Shown in pieces: positions 13,320 to 26,840 of a DNA stretch of 64,000 nt. The number at the start of each line of letters is the position of its first letter. Position 1 is the stretch's first letter. The notes beneath the pieces were generated by a model. The model had not been told where the DNA came from. It ran no database searches and saw nothing but the letters and a program-made list of their open reading frames with translations. Made by a program: the position numbers and the translations under genes. The stretch comes from Octopus sinensis (taxonomy: Eukaryota): positions 43,276,001 through 43,340,000 of the forward strand of contig NC_043007.1 in assembly GCF_006345805.1 (NCBI RefSeq), in the 5' to 3' direction.

Positions 13320-14515
13320 TAATAATATTAGGGAGTAAATCCAAACTTACAGGGAAAAATTAGATTAGGATTAAATCTAATTTTATAGTATAAATATATA
13401 TTATATTAAATTAGAGATAAAACCACTATTAGGCAAATCAAACAATGAAAATCATAAGCCAATACATAGAAATAAAATTAATTAAAAAATATATAAAAAA
13501 TATAAAACATAAAATATAAAATTCCAAATTAAAATATTTAAATTAAAGTTAAAATTTTTAAAATTATTTAAATTAATAATTTAAACTTATAAATTTTAAA
13601 TATATATATATATTTTATTATTATTATTTTTTTTAATTATATAACTATCAAAAAGTATTAAAAGTTTAAAATAAGATAAAGAGTAAAAACACTACGATCG
13701 TTTCATGCCCGTAACCAATTCGAATAACAATAATTTAAATTCAATTAATAATTCGAATTATGGTTACAGTCAATCTTCAGGTTAATTATAATATTTTAAT
13801 AAATAATCAGAAATATTTAAACAATATTTTTTTAGAAATAAATAATATAATAATTTTTCTTATATACTAGAAGATAATATTTAGAAGGCGGTGAAAAACA
13901 TTAAATTTCATAAATACCCAAACAGAAATAATGAATATTTAAGAAATTTAGCAATTAGAATTAAAGAAATGAGAAATATGGTTGGTATTATTGTACAATC
14001 AGATAAAACTAGGAATCTATATAAATTGGATGTTAAATTATATGATAACCTTTTAGAGAAAGAGATAATTAAAAAATATAAAATTGTTCCAGATAGTATA
14101 CTTTATAATATTAATAAGGCCTCTAAATTAGTCATGATAAACTATAAGTTGGATAATAAAACTGAACTTTATGTACCTATGCACCCTAGAATTACTCTGA
14201 AAGACCATAAAGATAATTTTTATTCAGACCCTAAAGTTAGATTAATTTGTCCATGTAAATCTGACCTTGGTAAATTGAGTAAACTTATTTTAGATAAATA
14301 TATTAATAAATTAAATAAACTTAATTACTTAAAATTATGGTTTAGTAATAATAATACTTTAAATTGGTTTAAAGAAAAAAATCGATACAAATTTATTCAA
14401 ATAGATATAGATAATTACTATTCTTCTATTAATGAAATTGTGTTTAATAAGGCCCTTATTTTTGCAATGAATAAAGTGGGAATGACTTTTGAAGAGGTTA
14501 ATGTAATTAAAAGGC
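13320..14515 (+). mobile_element. Penelope-like element fragment with N-terminal RT (Naiad-like motifs), truncated before YxDD
   Basis: ORF 13891-14637: SDKTRNLY, ITLKDHKDNF...VRLICPCKSDLGKLSKLILD, FIQIDIDNYYSSI; homology stops at a (TA)n at ~14516. Confidence 0.75.
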
Positions 14516-15150
14516 TATATATATATGATATTTTAATCCAGCCAGTATCTTGTTACTCCCAGATTTGCCTGTTGGTGCACAGGATCTTCGGGCAATTATT
14601 AACACAAGATATAAGTTTCATAAACTACAAAATATAAATACCCACACTTGAAACGTACCTGTTATAACTCTTTATCTCAATTTGACTGTACGTGAAGGTA
14701 TTTAGAATGCCCAAACTTATTTCTGCAAATGTGCTAAGCTCTGATGTTGATCATAGTTTATTCAATGAGTAGGAGTGAGGTAAATGCAGTTAAAATAGGG
14801 GAGGGGTCCATTAGAGGCCTATTTAAGTGGCCCTTTAGAGACTGAACCTCCTTACCATACTCCCTGGGAGTTCTTGGTATGAAATTCTTTGTCATTGCTC
14901 TGATTTGGTTGTCAATGCCATGTATTTAGTTTAAAATGCAGTAAAAATAGGGAGGTCATTGGGGTCCCAATTAGGCGGCCCTTAAAAAATAGACCCCCTT
15001 AGGATATTCTCAGGGATTGAGGGAGTTGCTGGTTTGAGTTTCGTTGCCCTTGCACCAACGATCTAAGAGGAGTTAACGAACATAAAAACGTAATGGGCAG
15101 AGAAACATCATTCAAATTTATAATAGGATAAACATACAAATATACATACA

Positions 15151-15193
<43 letters not shown>

Positions 15194-15283
15194 CAAAAAA
15201 GAACAACAAACACAAAAAAAAACAACAACGCGAGGATGTGGTACATGTAAAGTATTAGCAGACGCTCACAGAAAGAAAGATGA

Positions 15284-15316
15284 TTTAACGTTTCGAGCAA
15301 CGCTCTTCTTCAGAAA
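15284..15316 (-). ncRNA. Minimal type-I hammerhead ribozyme motif (Penelope/retrozyme type)
   Basis: Minus: TTT-CTGAAGA-A-GAGC-GTT-GCTC-GAAACGTT-AAA; intact core, 4-bp stem II, palindromic AACGTT stem III. Confidence 0.6.
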
Positions 15317-15433
15317 AAGAGGAATGTCCAATAGAAAGGAAGACGGAGGAAGAAAATCGCCATAAACAAAAGAAGACAGGTATATGAACAATAAGCAGGT
15401 GTGTTAGTTTGACACTTGGGAAAGTGGGAAAGT

Positions 15434-15469
15434 CTTTTATGTTTCGAGCCTACGCTCTTCAACAGAAAG
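15434..15469 (-). ncRNA. Second, mutated hammerhead motif
   Basis: Minus: CTTT-CTGTTGA-A-GAGC-GTAG-GCTC-GAAACATA-AAAG; 4-bp stem I, with A6>U and CG>CA changes. Confidence 0.5.
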
Positions 15470-15775
15470 GAATATAAGGAAATAAATAGAGAGAGAATTT
15501 TTAAAAACTTGTGAATTTAGCGATCAGTCATAAGATACAAATATATAAGTATATTTTTATGTGTATGTGTGTGAGAGAGACGGGTAAGAGAGAAAGGGAG
15601 AGAGAGAGATTTACACCTGAAGAGGTAGTCACTCATATGCACCCACGAAACTTTGTGTCGTGTAGAGATGAATCAAGTTATCAAATTCATATAAACGTCA
15701 GCTACATGTCGAATACTAATTTGTTGCTCTACTTCCCCCTATATATGTATGTATGTATTCATGTGTGTGCGTGCA

Positions 15776-15836
<61 letters not shown>

Positions 15837-16234
15837 ATGCTACTATGTAGTTTTATATCCAGAATTCTCTCCAATGGAGAAAGGGTAAGTTTCTAACCTA
15901 GATCCAAAGCTCCTTTATTGGAATTTCAACATCAAGTATTTGGTATCAATTTATGTGCAGATCTCTGTATTGCTTCATGTATGTGTGCTCATACATATTG
16001 TTGCATAACTAAACATGTGCATATGCACTCATATGCTAAACTTTGGGAAAGTTTTATACATTTTTACAATTCCAATGATGGCTTGCATCTGTTACCTGCT
16101 AATTAGCTTTCTCCTTTTTGGTTGTGGAACCCTAATTTCTCAAGGTTGGTCAGATATGTATGTATGTATGTATTATGTATGTATGTATGTATGTATGTAT
16201 GTATGTATGCATGCATGTGCGGAAATATAAGCAC

Positions 16235-16418
16235 ACCGGTTGTCAAGTGGGAGGTGGAGAGGCAAAAACAAACACAAATACATATACGACAGGCTTCCAC
16301 TCAGTTTCCGTCACAAGGTAATTGGTTAAATCGGGGCTATAGTAGAAAACATTTCCCCAAGGTACCGTGCTGTGAGACTGAACTCGGAACCACGTGGTTG
16401 CAAAACAAGCTTTTTAAC
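16235..16418 (-). mobile_element. SINE fragment
   Basis: CACCGGTTGTCAAG...GCTATAGTAGAAAACA..CCAAGGTACC..GAACTCGGAACCACGTGGTTG. Confidence 0.72.
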
Positions 16419-16478
16419 CTATGTATATTTGCATGTATTTATAATTGTATATATTACAAATACATTTTAAAGTAAATT

Positions 16479-16528
<50 letters not shown>

Positions 16529-18618
16529 CACATAGATGTTTTTATATATACACAATATATATAGCAATATATTATATCTGTATTGTATGTGTACTCGGAT
16601 ATATATTCTAATTATTTATTTATTAATATATTACACATACATACATACATACATACAGACAGACAGATCGAAAGATAGATAGATAAATAGATAGAGGGGA
16701 AGAAGGAGGGTGAGAGAGAGTATGGTCAGGGTCCTAAACTTGAGATTAACCTATGAAAATTGTGTGTGTGTGTGTGTTTATTAATCACTCTTCTATCACT
16801 TTCTGTTTTTGCATATTCTACTGTAGGGTCTATTTCTCTTTCTTTCTCCGAGCTCTTCTCTCTCTCTCGTTTTCTTTAAATATTTCTTTTGTTCATATCA
16901 TGCTTCTTCTACCTCTATGTATATTCATATCCTTTCTTTCTCTGTCGCTACTTTTCTTTTTATATCTCTTTTTCTCTTATTCTTTTTCATTTTGAGTATA
17001 TATAATTTCTGTCTTGATCGCTTTGTTTCTCGTTTAACGCCGACTAAAACAAAATGTAATAAACAAAACTATCTTACCCTATGCTACAAACACAATTTTC
17101 GTTCATTATCTATTCTGGTGGTGGCAGAAAAGACAAAAAAGAAGGCTACTTCTTTCTGTCCTCAGATAATGCAATTTGTCTTTCTATCCACAGTGTTCTT
17201 TAATCACCTCACTATCTACTTTAATTTTTACTTTCTTTTTCCTTTTCTATCTCTTTCCTTTCTTTCAAGTCTTAGAACTTTGGCAACCCAAAAGACATTA
17301 TTGATATATTATTATTATATTTTAAATTTTTTATCTAGATTTTCAATCCGTATATTTTTTCAGGCTTTTTTGGGCCTTCGTGGTTTAATTGTTTAATTAT
17401 TTGTTTACTTTTTGTTCTTCTTTCGTTCCTAATTGTGTGGTGGGTGGTTTCTTCCTCGTTTGTTTCTTGCTTACATAGTTACATAGACACAAACAAACTC
17501 GTATATAAATAACATATATAAATGTAAGAAAATTAGATACTGATGTGTGTATCATATAGATGTGTGTGTGTGTGTGTATGTATGTACATATAATACACTC
17601 ACATTTACATAAGAGTATATAGAAGTTTAATATGTATGGGAGGTTACGTTAAATAAAGATTAAAACATGATCTGATATGGGACTTAATTAAAAAAATAGA
17701 ATTATGTACATGTTTTTTTTTTTATATATCAACAGAAAATACATAATTTACAACTAGACTAAGCCAATTCGGTGAACCACACACACACATATATACCACC
17801 GCTGGATTATGTCATTAAGCAAAATAAGCACGTGCTTAGGGCATCAAAGGAAAGGAGTCCCACAGAAATGAAAATGGTTTACGGCACGAAAGAAATCACT
17901 TTAAACTTGCTAAAATAATATTCATAATGAAACAGAAGTTTTACTAAAATTGATTTTAACGATATCATCGAACACTTTACGATAAAGAAAAACAACGAAA
18001 GAGAAAACCTTCCAAATATAAATAAAATAGAAGCATACAAAAATAAACTCTATATTGCATATTACTGGGAATTTTGTTTCATTTTGAAAACTAAAAATTT
18101 ATTTTATGGTTTATAATCGTTAACATTTTTAATTACTTTTGCTTACATTTTGAACCACTGAGGGCACCAAAACCTTTGGTAACCGGTAATAAAGTCACAG
18201 GGCAAAAAGTCACAGTAATAAAGTTACAATTTTGGCGAGGAAACAATAATAGTAAAACATACATATATAATCATAAAAATCATTATCATTTTGCGCTATT
18301 GTCTACGCTGGTATGGTTTGGATGGATTGTCCCAGTATACCACAGTTCATATTCAGAGTCACAGCCCTGATTGGATGCTCTTCTGAAAACCAACCAATTT
18401 ACAGACTCTAGAGAGTGTATGTATCTTACCATAGCGTGAGTTCATGTAAGTTGCTTTACCTTTTTTCTTTTTTGTCTTTCAATGCTCAAAAGCTAAGGAG
18501 TCCTCTAGTCTACAGTTATATACACAGAAATTTAAAAAGTACATAGACATCCTCACTTTGTGTGTGTGTGTTTAGGGAGAGAGTCAATTTAGAGTCATCT
18601 ATTTACTTTTGAGACATC

Positions 18619-18653
<35 letters not shown>

Positions 18654-18669
18654 TATATATATATATATA

Positions 18670-19440
18670 CTAGCAGTATCGCCCGGTGTTGCTCAGCTTT
18701 GTTTCAACCCTTTAGAATTGGAATTTTTGAAAAGTATAAATTTTGCATTATGTAGCTTGTTATTCTCTTTAAGTGAACATTTTTCTGGTTGAAATACACC
18801 GAAAAATGGCGACACAGCAGTCAAAAAATCGTCGTAAAAAATAGGTATTTTCATAGAAAAAATGCACCTTTTTGATGTAAATAATTTTTGGTGTTAACAT
18901 GGTCCGATTTGAATTTTTTCTTCTACGGAAGGAAGCGCAAGCCTTCTTCTATCATACTCTCAATTTTGGTCAACTTGCACCACAGGATCTCGGAGAAGAT
19001 AGTGTTAGTTGAAGGCTACCAAACCTGCCATACACAGACAACTTCAGCTTTATATATATACTAGCAGTATCGCCCGGCGTTGCTCAGGTTTGTAAGGGAA
19101 ATAACTATAAAGCATTTTTAGAGAGTTATAGCCAAAAAATAGCAAAGAAATGGAAAAAAATTATGGTAAATTTTTTTTGACAGTTAAAAAAGGTGGAGTT
19201 GCGTCCCCTAGACAGTTTGTGGTTTGTGTTTCTGATTCTCGACCCCATGTCGAATTTATCGATTTTTTTCAGAACTGGGGGAACTTTTCAAAATTTTCGC
19301 TGCGTTAGTTTTGAATTATGACATTGGGCTATGTGTGTGTCAAGTTTCATCAGAATCGGTTGAAAGCCGTGGTCAGGGTGAGGGTACAAGCAAACAGACA
19401 CACAGAAACACGCACAGACAAACTGCCGTTTATATATAGA
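18670..19440 (-). mobile_element. Two non-autonomous Helitrons head-to-tail (18670-19060; 19061-19440)
   Basis: Each begins on + with CTAGCAGTATCGCCCGG(C/T)GTTGCTC (reverse complement of the hairpin-CTAG 3' end); 5' TC at 19439-19440. Confidence 0.85.
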
Positions 19441-19789
19441 TATATATATATATATAAGGATAATTAGCATTGCCCAGGAAGTAAAAGAATGAGATGTTCT
19501 GCACTAATGTCATATATCAAATTTATATTTTACTGTTAAATCTGAGATTTTCAAACAAACAAACATGCAGATAAATTTATTTTACAGAGTTGTACACAAT
19601 CATTTCGAACTTGTAATTGTGTAAAAAGGACACCATTATGCAAATTAGTCTTACCATTACAGCTAAGTTCTTGATTTTGTTTAATTTAAATAGCATTTAC
19701 TAGTAGTTCTTTTCTTGAGCAGATGATCTACACTGGGAATCACATCAAGACAATCTCCATTTTTTTCTTTCTATTTGTAAATAGATAAA

Positions 19790-19928
19790 CATTTTTCGGT
19801 GTATTTCAACCAGAAAAATGTTCACTTAAAGAGAATAACAAGCTACATAATGCAAAATTTATACTTTTCAAAAATTCCAATTCTAAAGGGTTGAAACAAA
19901 GCTGAGCAACGCCGGGCGATACTGCTAG
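19790..19928 (+). mobile_element. Helitron 3' fragment, inverted copy of 18670-18808
   Basis: Near-exact reverse complement ending GAGCAACGCCGGGCGATACTGCTAG|T. Confidence 0.85.
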
Positions 19929-19991
19929 TAATATATAAAGATTTCTATACGTCCATATACATATCTGTATAATATGTATATGAACGTATAT

Positions 19992-20180
19992 ATCATCATC
20001 ATTTAGCATCTGTTTATCATGCTGGCATGGGTTAGACAGTTTCACTGGAACTGGTAAGGTGGAGAGCCACGCCAAGCTCCAGTCTGTTTTGGCTTGGTTT
20101 CTATGGTTGGGTACCCTTCATGTAGTGGGTGTCTTTTACATGTCACCAATATGGATGCTTTTTATGTGCCTTTTACGTGT
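19992..20180 (-). mobile_element. RTE 3'-end fragment (degenerate)
   Basis: (ATC)n followed by CATGCTGGCATGGGTTAGACAG, matching the family terminus. Confidence 0.75.
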
Positions 20181-21227
20181 ATTTGTGTGAGTCTGTGTGT
20201 ATCATATACACATACACTTACATAATATATAAATGACTGTCCTTATAGTTACATGTTTTTCTGCACATGTATGTATGTTTGTTGATGTATATGTATGCTT
20301 TTACATATATGTCTGCTTGTGTATGTATGTATATATAAGCATAAGTAAATGTTTGAATTGCTAGTATTTGGAAGTCTGCAGAAGCATCCACACTGAAACA
20401 TGGATGGCATAAATTGTGGCTAAGGTTAATGATTGTGTCTGTACTTAGCGAAGACACTGTAAATGATTTCACACGATTTAGGGTTTCTAAGCAAAAGCAG
20501 ATTATACTTGAATTACTTTCATTCACTCATGATCGAATCATGCTGCTAAGGATCTTTCATCAAGGATGGATTAAGATAATGTTGAGAGATGGCTGAATGC
20601 AAGTGATTTAGCTAATATTCATCATTATACTGATTCAGAAATTGTGCAAATAGCTGTAAACTCAGAGAAAGATAGTGGAGAAACAAATAGTTATGAAAAT
20701 ATGCATGTAAATATGTAACTGAAAGAATCTCTGTTTAAAGATTCAGTTGACAGGTTAAGTGCTAAAAGATCTTGAGTAATAAAGTTGAAAATAAAAATGA
20801 AGAACATTTATGTGCAGCAAAGTAAATGAAATAAAGAAAAACTAAAATATGTGAAGCAACTTAGCTTAAAAAATATACTAAAAAAATAGCTAAAAGACAT
20901 ACAACAGGAGTATTGACATTTGAAAACCCAGCACCATTATCTTCTGTTCATCCAAATATACTGTTCTATCATCAGCTGTGCCTGAAGGAGATACTGAGCC
21001 AGTTTCATCATCAGGTCGTTATCTCATTTTCAAGAGATTCTAATTCAAATTTGTAAATTCCATCTTTTCATTTTGAAAACTGCATTGATGAACTTTTTCG
21101 TGTAAAACATCAGAATTATTAGAATTACTGAGCCTTTTGTTTTATGTTATTCATAAAAATTTTACTTGCCTTTTATTTGATGTTCCTTTTCTTTTCATTG
21201 ATCAACTTATTACAGGGTATTTTAATA

Positions 21228-23790
21228 TCATCATCATCATCATCATCGTCATTCAACGTCCACTTTCCATGCTGGCATGGGCTGGACAGTTTGACTGAGG
21301 ACTGGCAAGCTGGGAGACTGCACCAGGGTCCAATCCAATTTGGCAAGGTTTCTACAGCTGAATGCCTTTCCTAATACCAACCACTCTGGGTGTAGTGGGT
21401 GTTTTTTATATGCCACTGGCACAAGAGAGCCAGTCAGGCAGCATTGGCATCAACCACGCTCGAATGATGCTTTTTACGTGCCAATGACATGGGTGCCAGT
21501 CAGCTGGCACTAGCATTGGTCGTGACTGCAATTTCACTTGGTTTGACTGGTCTTCACAAGCACGGCATATAGCCCGATGATTAAAGGGTACTTTTAAATG
21601 GACCAGTTATGTGACAGTGGTATTGGCCATGGCTATGATCTCACTAGGCTTGCTGGGTCTTCGCAAGCACAGCATATATCCAAAGGTCTCGGTTGCTTGT
21701 TATTGTCTCTGTGAGGCTCAACGTTTGAAGGTCATGCTATGCCACCTCATCCCATGTCTTCCAGGGTCTACCTCTTCCACAAATTCCCTCCACTGTTAGG
21801 GTGTGACACTTCTTCACACAGCTATCCTCATCCATATGCAACACATGACCATACCAGTGCAGTCGTCTCTCTTGCACAACACATCTGATGCTTCTTATGT
21901 CCAACTTTTCTCTCAGTGTGCCTACACTCTGTCATGTATGAACACTGACATTACATATCCAGTGGAGCATACTAGCTTCATTTCTTTCAAGCCTACACAT
22001 GTCCTCGGCAGCCACAGTTCATGTTTCACTGCTGTGTAGCATGGCTGTTCACACAGGCATCATAGTCTACCTTTCACTCTGAAGGAGAGACCTTTGTTAC
22101 CAATAGAGGTAGGAGCTCTCTGAGCTTTGCCCAGGCTATTCTTATTCTAGCATGTATGCTCACAGAGCATCCACCCACTATTCTACAGATTGAGCAGGGC
22201 CATTTACCTGAAAAGATTTGTGATTTGTCTGCCTTCCTACTTACTAAGACTTGGGTTTTTGCTAGGTTGACTTCTAAGGCCCTTTGATTCTAGACCTTGC
22301 TTCCACTCCTGAAATTTCTCTAGTTCTGGTAGTGACTCAGCTATTAGAGCAAGGTCATCAGCATAGAGGAGCTCCTAGGGCAGCCTGTTTTGAATTCCTC
22401 TGTTATTGCCTGGAGGACTATGATGAATAAGAGGGGGCTGAGGAATGATCTTTGGTGAACTCCTACTTCTACCCAGATTTCTTCTCTATACTCATTGCCA
22501 ACCCTCACCTTACCAACAGCATCCCTGTATATGGCTTGTACAGCTCTCACCAACCACTCATCTATCCCTAGTTTCCTCATTGACCACCAGATAAGGGATC
22601 AGGGGACCCTGTCAAAGGCTTTCTCCATATCAACAAAAGCCAAATACAGAGGTTTATCTTTGGCAAGGCATTTCTCCTGCAGCTGTCTTATCAGAAAAAT
22701 AGCATCAGTGGTGCTTCTCCCTGGCACAAACCCAAACTGCATCTTGTCTAAACAAACTCTCTCCCAAATTTGTTGGGCTCTGGCCTTCTCTGTGACTTTC
22801 TTCACCTGATCCAACAATTTGATACCTGTAATTATTTCTATCTAAGGCATCCCCTTTACTGTTGCAACAGTTGACTATGGTGCTGCTCCATCAGTCATTG
22901 GGTATGACCCACTCATTTATCATCTGGTTGACTATATGGGTGACTAGACTATAGCCTACACTGCCAGATATTTTAAGCATCTCAGCAGTGATTCCTGATG
23001 GGCCGGGGGCTTTCCCTATCTTCACACCCTTAATTACTTTATCTATCAAGGTACTCTCAATTTGAATAGCTGGTCCCTCTGCTTGGTTGACATTGGGCAG
23101 ATTCTCTTCCTCCCATTCATTCTCTTCATTTATCAACCTTTCATAGTGGAGTCTCCAAGCCTCTTTCTTTGCAGCATCCTTAAATGCAAATGAGTTATCA
23201 TCCATGTGGATACGTTTCTCTCCTATGACATCATGATTTTCTCTAACACACTGTCTTGCAATTCAAAACATTTCAAGTCTCTGGTCCTCACAATGCAGAA
23301 CATTGGCAAAATTTTTCTTATCTGCATCCCTTCTGGCTAAGTAAACCTGTCTCTTAACTTCCCTTCTGGTGATCTGATACAGTTCCCTACTACCACCATA
23401 CTTCCAGTCCTTCCATGCCTCTTTCTTTTACCTAATGGCCCTGTCAACTACATTGTTCCACCACCAGGTTACCTTAGGTCAAGAGGGGATTTTAACCAGC
23501 CACAGATCTGGTCAGTAGCCCTCAACAGGTTCTCCCATAGGAACCTTCAGTTGTCCTCTACATTATGTGATGCTATATCCTCCTTTTTTCATCAAAAGCT
23601 TCAAGTAATATGTCTCTAAATCTCTGTCCATTCAGAGGATCCTTAAGCTTCCAGACCTTTCTTTTCCTAAATGTCTTTTGGGCAGCCATTTAGCCCTGAT
23701 CCTGAAGTCACTAACTACTAACCTTGGTTGTGGGATGCATTCTTTACCTGGGAAAGTTTTGGCATTTATAAATAGCCATCTTTCTCGTAT
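21228..23790 (-). mobile_element. Decayed 5'-truncated RTE LINE
   Basis: ORF fragments QFGFVPGRSTTDAIFL, FVDMEKAFDRVP, GKAPGPSGITAEML; (ATC)n tail at 21228. Confidence 0.92.
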
Positions 23791-24109
23791 ATATTAATAG
23801 TTGAAAGAAAACAGAGAATGCACATAGAATATTCACTTTTTAATCACTGTGCAGTCATATTAAGTTCTTTTTTGCCTGCGTGATATTTCAGCCCTATGTT
23901 CATGTCCATACTTGCACTTTAAAGTGTGTTGTGATGTAATAAATAAACAATGGTTTTTTCTGGGCATTTTAACTGCTACTTTTTGCAAACAGGCCTACAT
24001 ATATATTCAAATATGAATTAGAAGCAGCTCAAGTGTTGTGTATACACATACACACACACACATCTGTATTTATTTATATGCATGCATGCGTGCATGTGTG
24101 TGTGTGCGC

Positions 24110-25975
24110 GCACAATGTTCCCAATGCAAAATGTGGACATACAAGAGGTGCAGTAGTATGACAGGCAGATTGACAGAAAAAGTAGACTTTGTATGTGGTA
24201 GACACACAGGTGCAATATTCACTTAGAGTTCATGGACAACAGATTTTATCAAATGCCCAGGAGGATGTCTAGTGGTAGTAGATAACTTCTATTACCTAAG
24301 TGACCTAATTAACAGTGAAGGAGGATGTACTGAAAGTATAGTTGCTAGAATATGAAAAGGCTGGAGAAAGATCTAAGAACTTTACCTCTAGATATCAAAA
24401 AGTCTTTCTTTGAGAGTGGAGGGCAGATTGTGTGTTGCTTGTGCATGAACAGCAATGCTACATAGTAATGAGAAGTAGGCCCTGAATGCTGAGAACATAC
24501 AAAGGCTAGCATGCTCTGTTGGATGAGCAAAGTTAGTGTGCATGAATGATAAATGCAAATGTGTTGAGAGAAAAATTGAGTACAAGACGTATCAGATGTA
24601 GTATGCAAGAGAAAAGAGTGCACATGTATGTTATGTAATGTGTATGTATGAGAACAGCTATATAAAAGAGTGAATGAAACTTGTGGAAGAGGGAGACCAA
24701 AGAAGGCATGGGATGAAGTAGTGAAGGATGATCTCAGGAGTTTGAATCTTAGAGGAGATGACAAATGACCAAGATATCTGACAATATATAGTGCTTGAGA
24801 AAACCAGCCCATCTATGAGAAAATGAGGTTCTGGAAGCAAGCTTCTATATACACAATTGGGCCCACCACCTAATTTCCTCATCTAATCTTTCTTCCACAC
24901 CTCATTCTTTCTATGCCTGCTCTCTCCATCACTTGGTAACTTCAGTATTCTCCCACTGCAATCAGATGATGGCAGAACTACATATTTTTATCATCTTTTC
25001 TGTGATGCTACTTATTTTTCTCACTACCTGGAACCACTTCAATCAATTTCCATCCTTCATTCTTACATTGTTCCTCCTCACTCACCTTTTACACTCCACT
25101 CTTCTGTGCCATCAAATTATCACCCTTTCCACTGAACCACTTCCTGCTGACTTGCTCATACATATCTCACTCTTTCCCCATACATTGTATATTTCTCTTC
25201 ACCCAACACTCTTTCAACTTCTCACTGCTCATACACTTGCAACCCACACATTATCTCTTTTTCTCTATCCTGCCACTCCTCATCCTTTTATACTGCCAAT
25301 CAGTACCTACACCCCAACACATATTGTACTGGCCACTCTTATACCTTTCCTAATTTCTAGCCATCATCTCTTCCCTACTTTGCATCCAACTCATATTTTA
25401 TCATAGCCATCCCCCATCTTGACCTTTGTTCATCATTTAGTATATTCATACCCTTATCTCATTACTTACCCTCCTTTACTCTCTCTATACACTCTTGCTA
25501 CCGCTATCCAGCTTCCTTTCCTATTCTTCTTCCACATTCTCCCATTTGCAGATCTCACTTGGACACCTTAGCACAACCTTTATTCCTCTTTCCAGCTCTA
25601 CATCCATTACTCCAACCCATTCTAGTATAACATAAGTAGCCATGTATCTCTACTGCAGCAGGAAACCTGTTCAGGACCCTTCCTTCATACTTTTCATCAT
25701 GTACTGTAGCTCCACTCAACCAATGGAGATCTTAATTTTGCAAGCTACATGGCAACCTCACACTAATGCTGGTACCACACACAAAAAAAGCACTCAATAA
25801 CTTCTTGAAGTGGCTGGCATCATGAAGGACATCATGAAGGGCATCAAGCTGTAGAAACCATACCAAAACAGACATTGGAGCATGATATATTCTGACTTAT
25901 TGGAATCCTGCATCAAACTTTCCAATCTACACCTACATGGAAGACAGTTGTTAAAATATGTTGATGTTATATATG
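24110..25975 (+). mobile_element. Decayed RTE 3' portion with long 3' UTR
   Basis: CSQCKMWTYKRC...FVCGR, GRGRPKKAWDEVVK-like C-terminus, degenerate GGGCATCAAGCTGTAGAAAC 3' end. Confidence 0.7.
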
Positions 25976-26840
25976 ATATATGATATTATATACACACTAG
26001 CTGACATCCCCGGTAATTCCTAGGAAAGCAGGACTTATCCCTTGGTTCCATTCTCATAATTGTTTTGCTAATCTAATGACAACAATACAAAGTATGTAGT
26101 CCTTAAAATGTTTTTTGTGTATTTACAGAGAATACAAAACTGTCTTACACAGGATCTTATTTTTAGGAATTCTCAATAAGTTATGAATACCCAAATTGTG
26201 AAGTCAGTTATGTAATAACATGAAATTAGTTACTCTATTGTAAGAATTCAAATAAAGTAGCCCTGAAAAGGACTTTAATGTGTTCCCAGAATATATAGAA
26301 CCTAGGAGGAAATACTAATAAGGTATGTATGTTAAAATCGTAAAGCATGTTATGTAATAACAGGTTAATCAGATATGAGATAATAGCAATTCAAAGTAAA
26401 TAGCTCTGAAAAGAGCTTTTGTGCATTCCCAGGGAATATTACCCTCAGCAGCGCTAGTGTTGGTATATGCATAAGTCACTAATCGAAATAAGTGGATCTC
26501 TTGTTTAGGAAAATACTATTTACTTGTTTAAGGGCTGAACTGTATAAATTGCCAAAATAACTCTAACAGTTCAAATACTAAGAAATAAGCATACTCAATT
26601 TGATTTATATCAAATGATTTAGGAAAATGAATGGGTTATTTCTCTTGGCTGTTAAAATGAAATATATTAGATATATATAAGAATCCCTTCCAACAATCTG
26701 AGTATGCCATGAAATTTCCAGACATGAGTACTACTCACGCGTTAAGTTTCAACAAAATAGATAAAATGATGTAGGAGGAGATAGCTAACAACTCCACAAA
26801 CACACCTATAGACAGCTATATACACACACACACACACACA

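Noticed and set aside
20218-21150. Possible host exon or transposase remnant
   Set aside because: No recognisable motif or convincing splice-site pair.
25997-26820. Possible extra Helitron-like element starting CTAGCTGACATCCCCGG
   Set aside because: The CTAG end is suggestive, but the hairpin is weak and no 5' TC end or second copy could be fixed.
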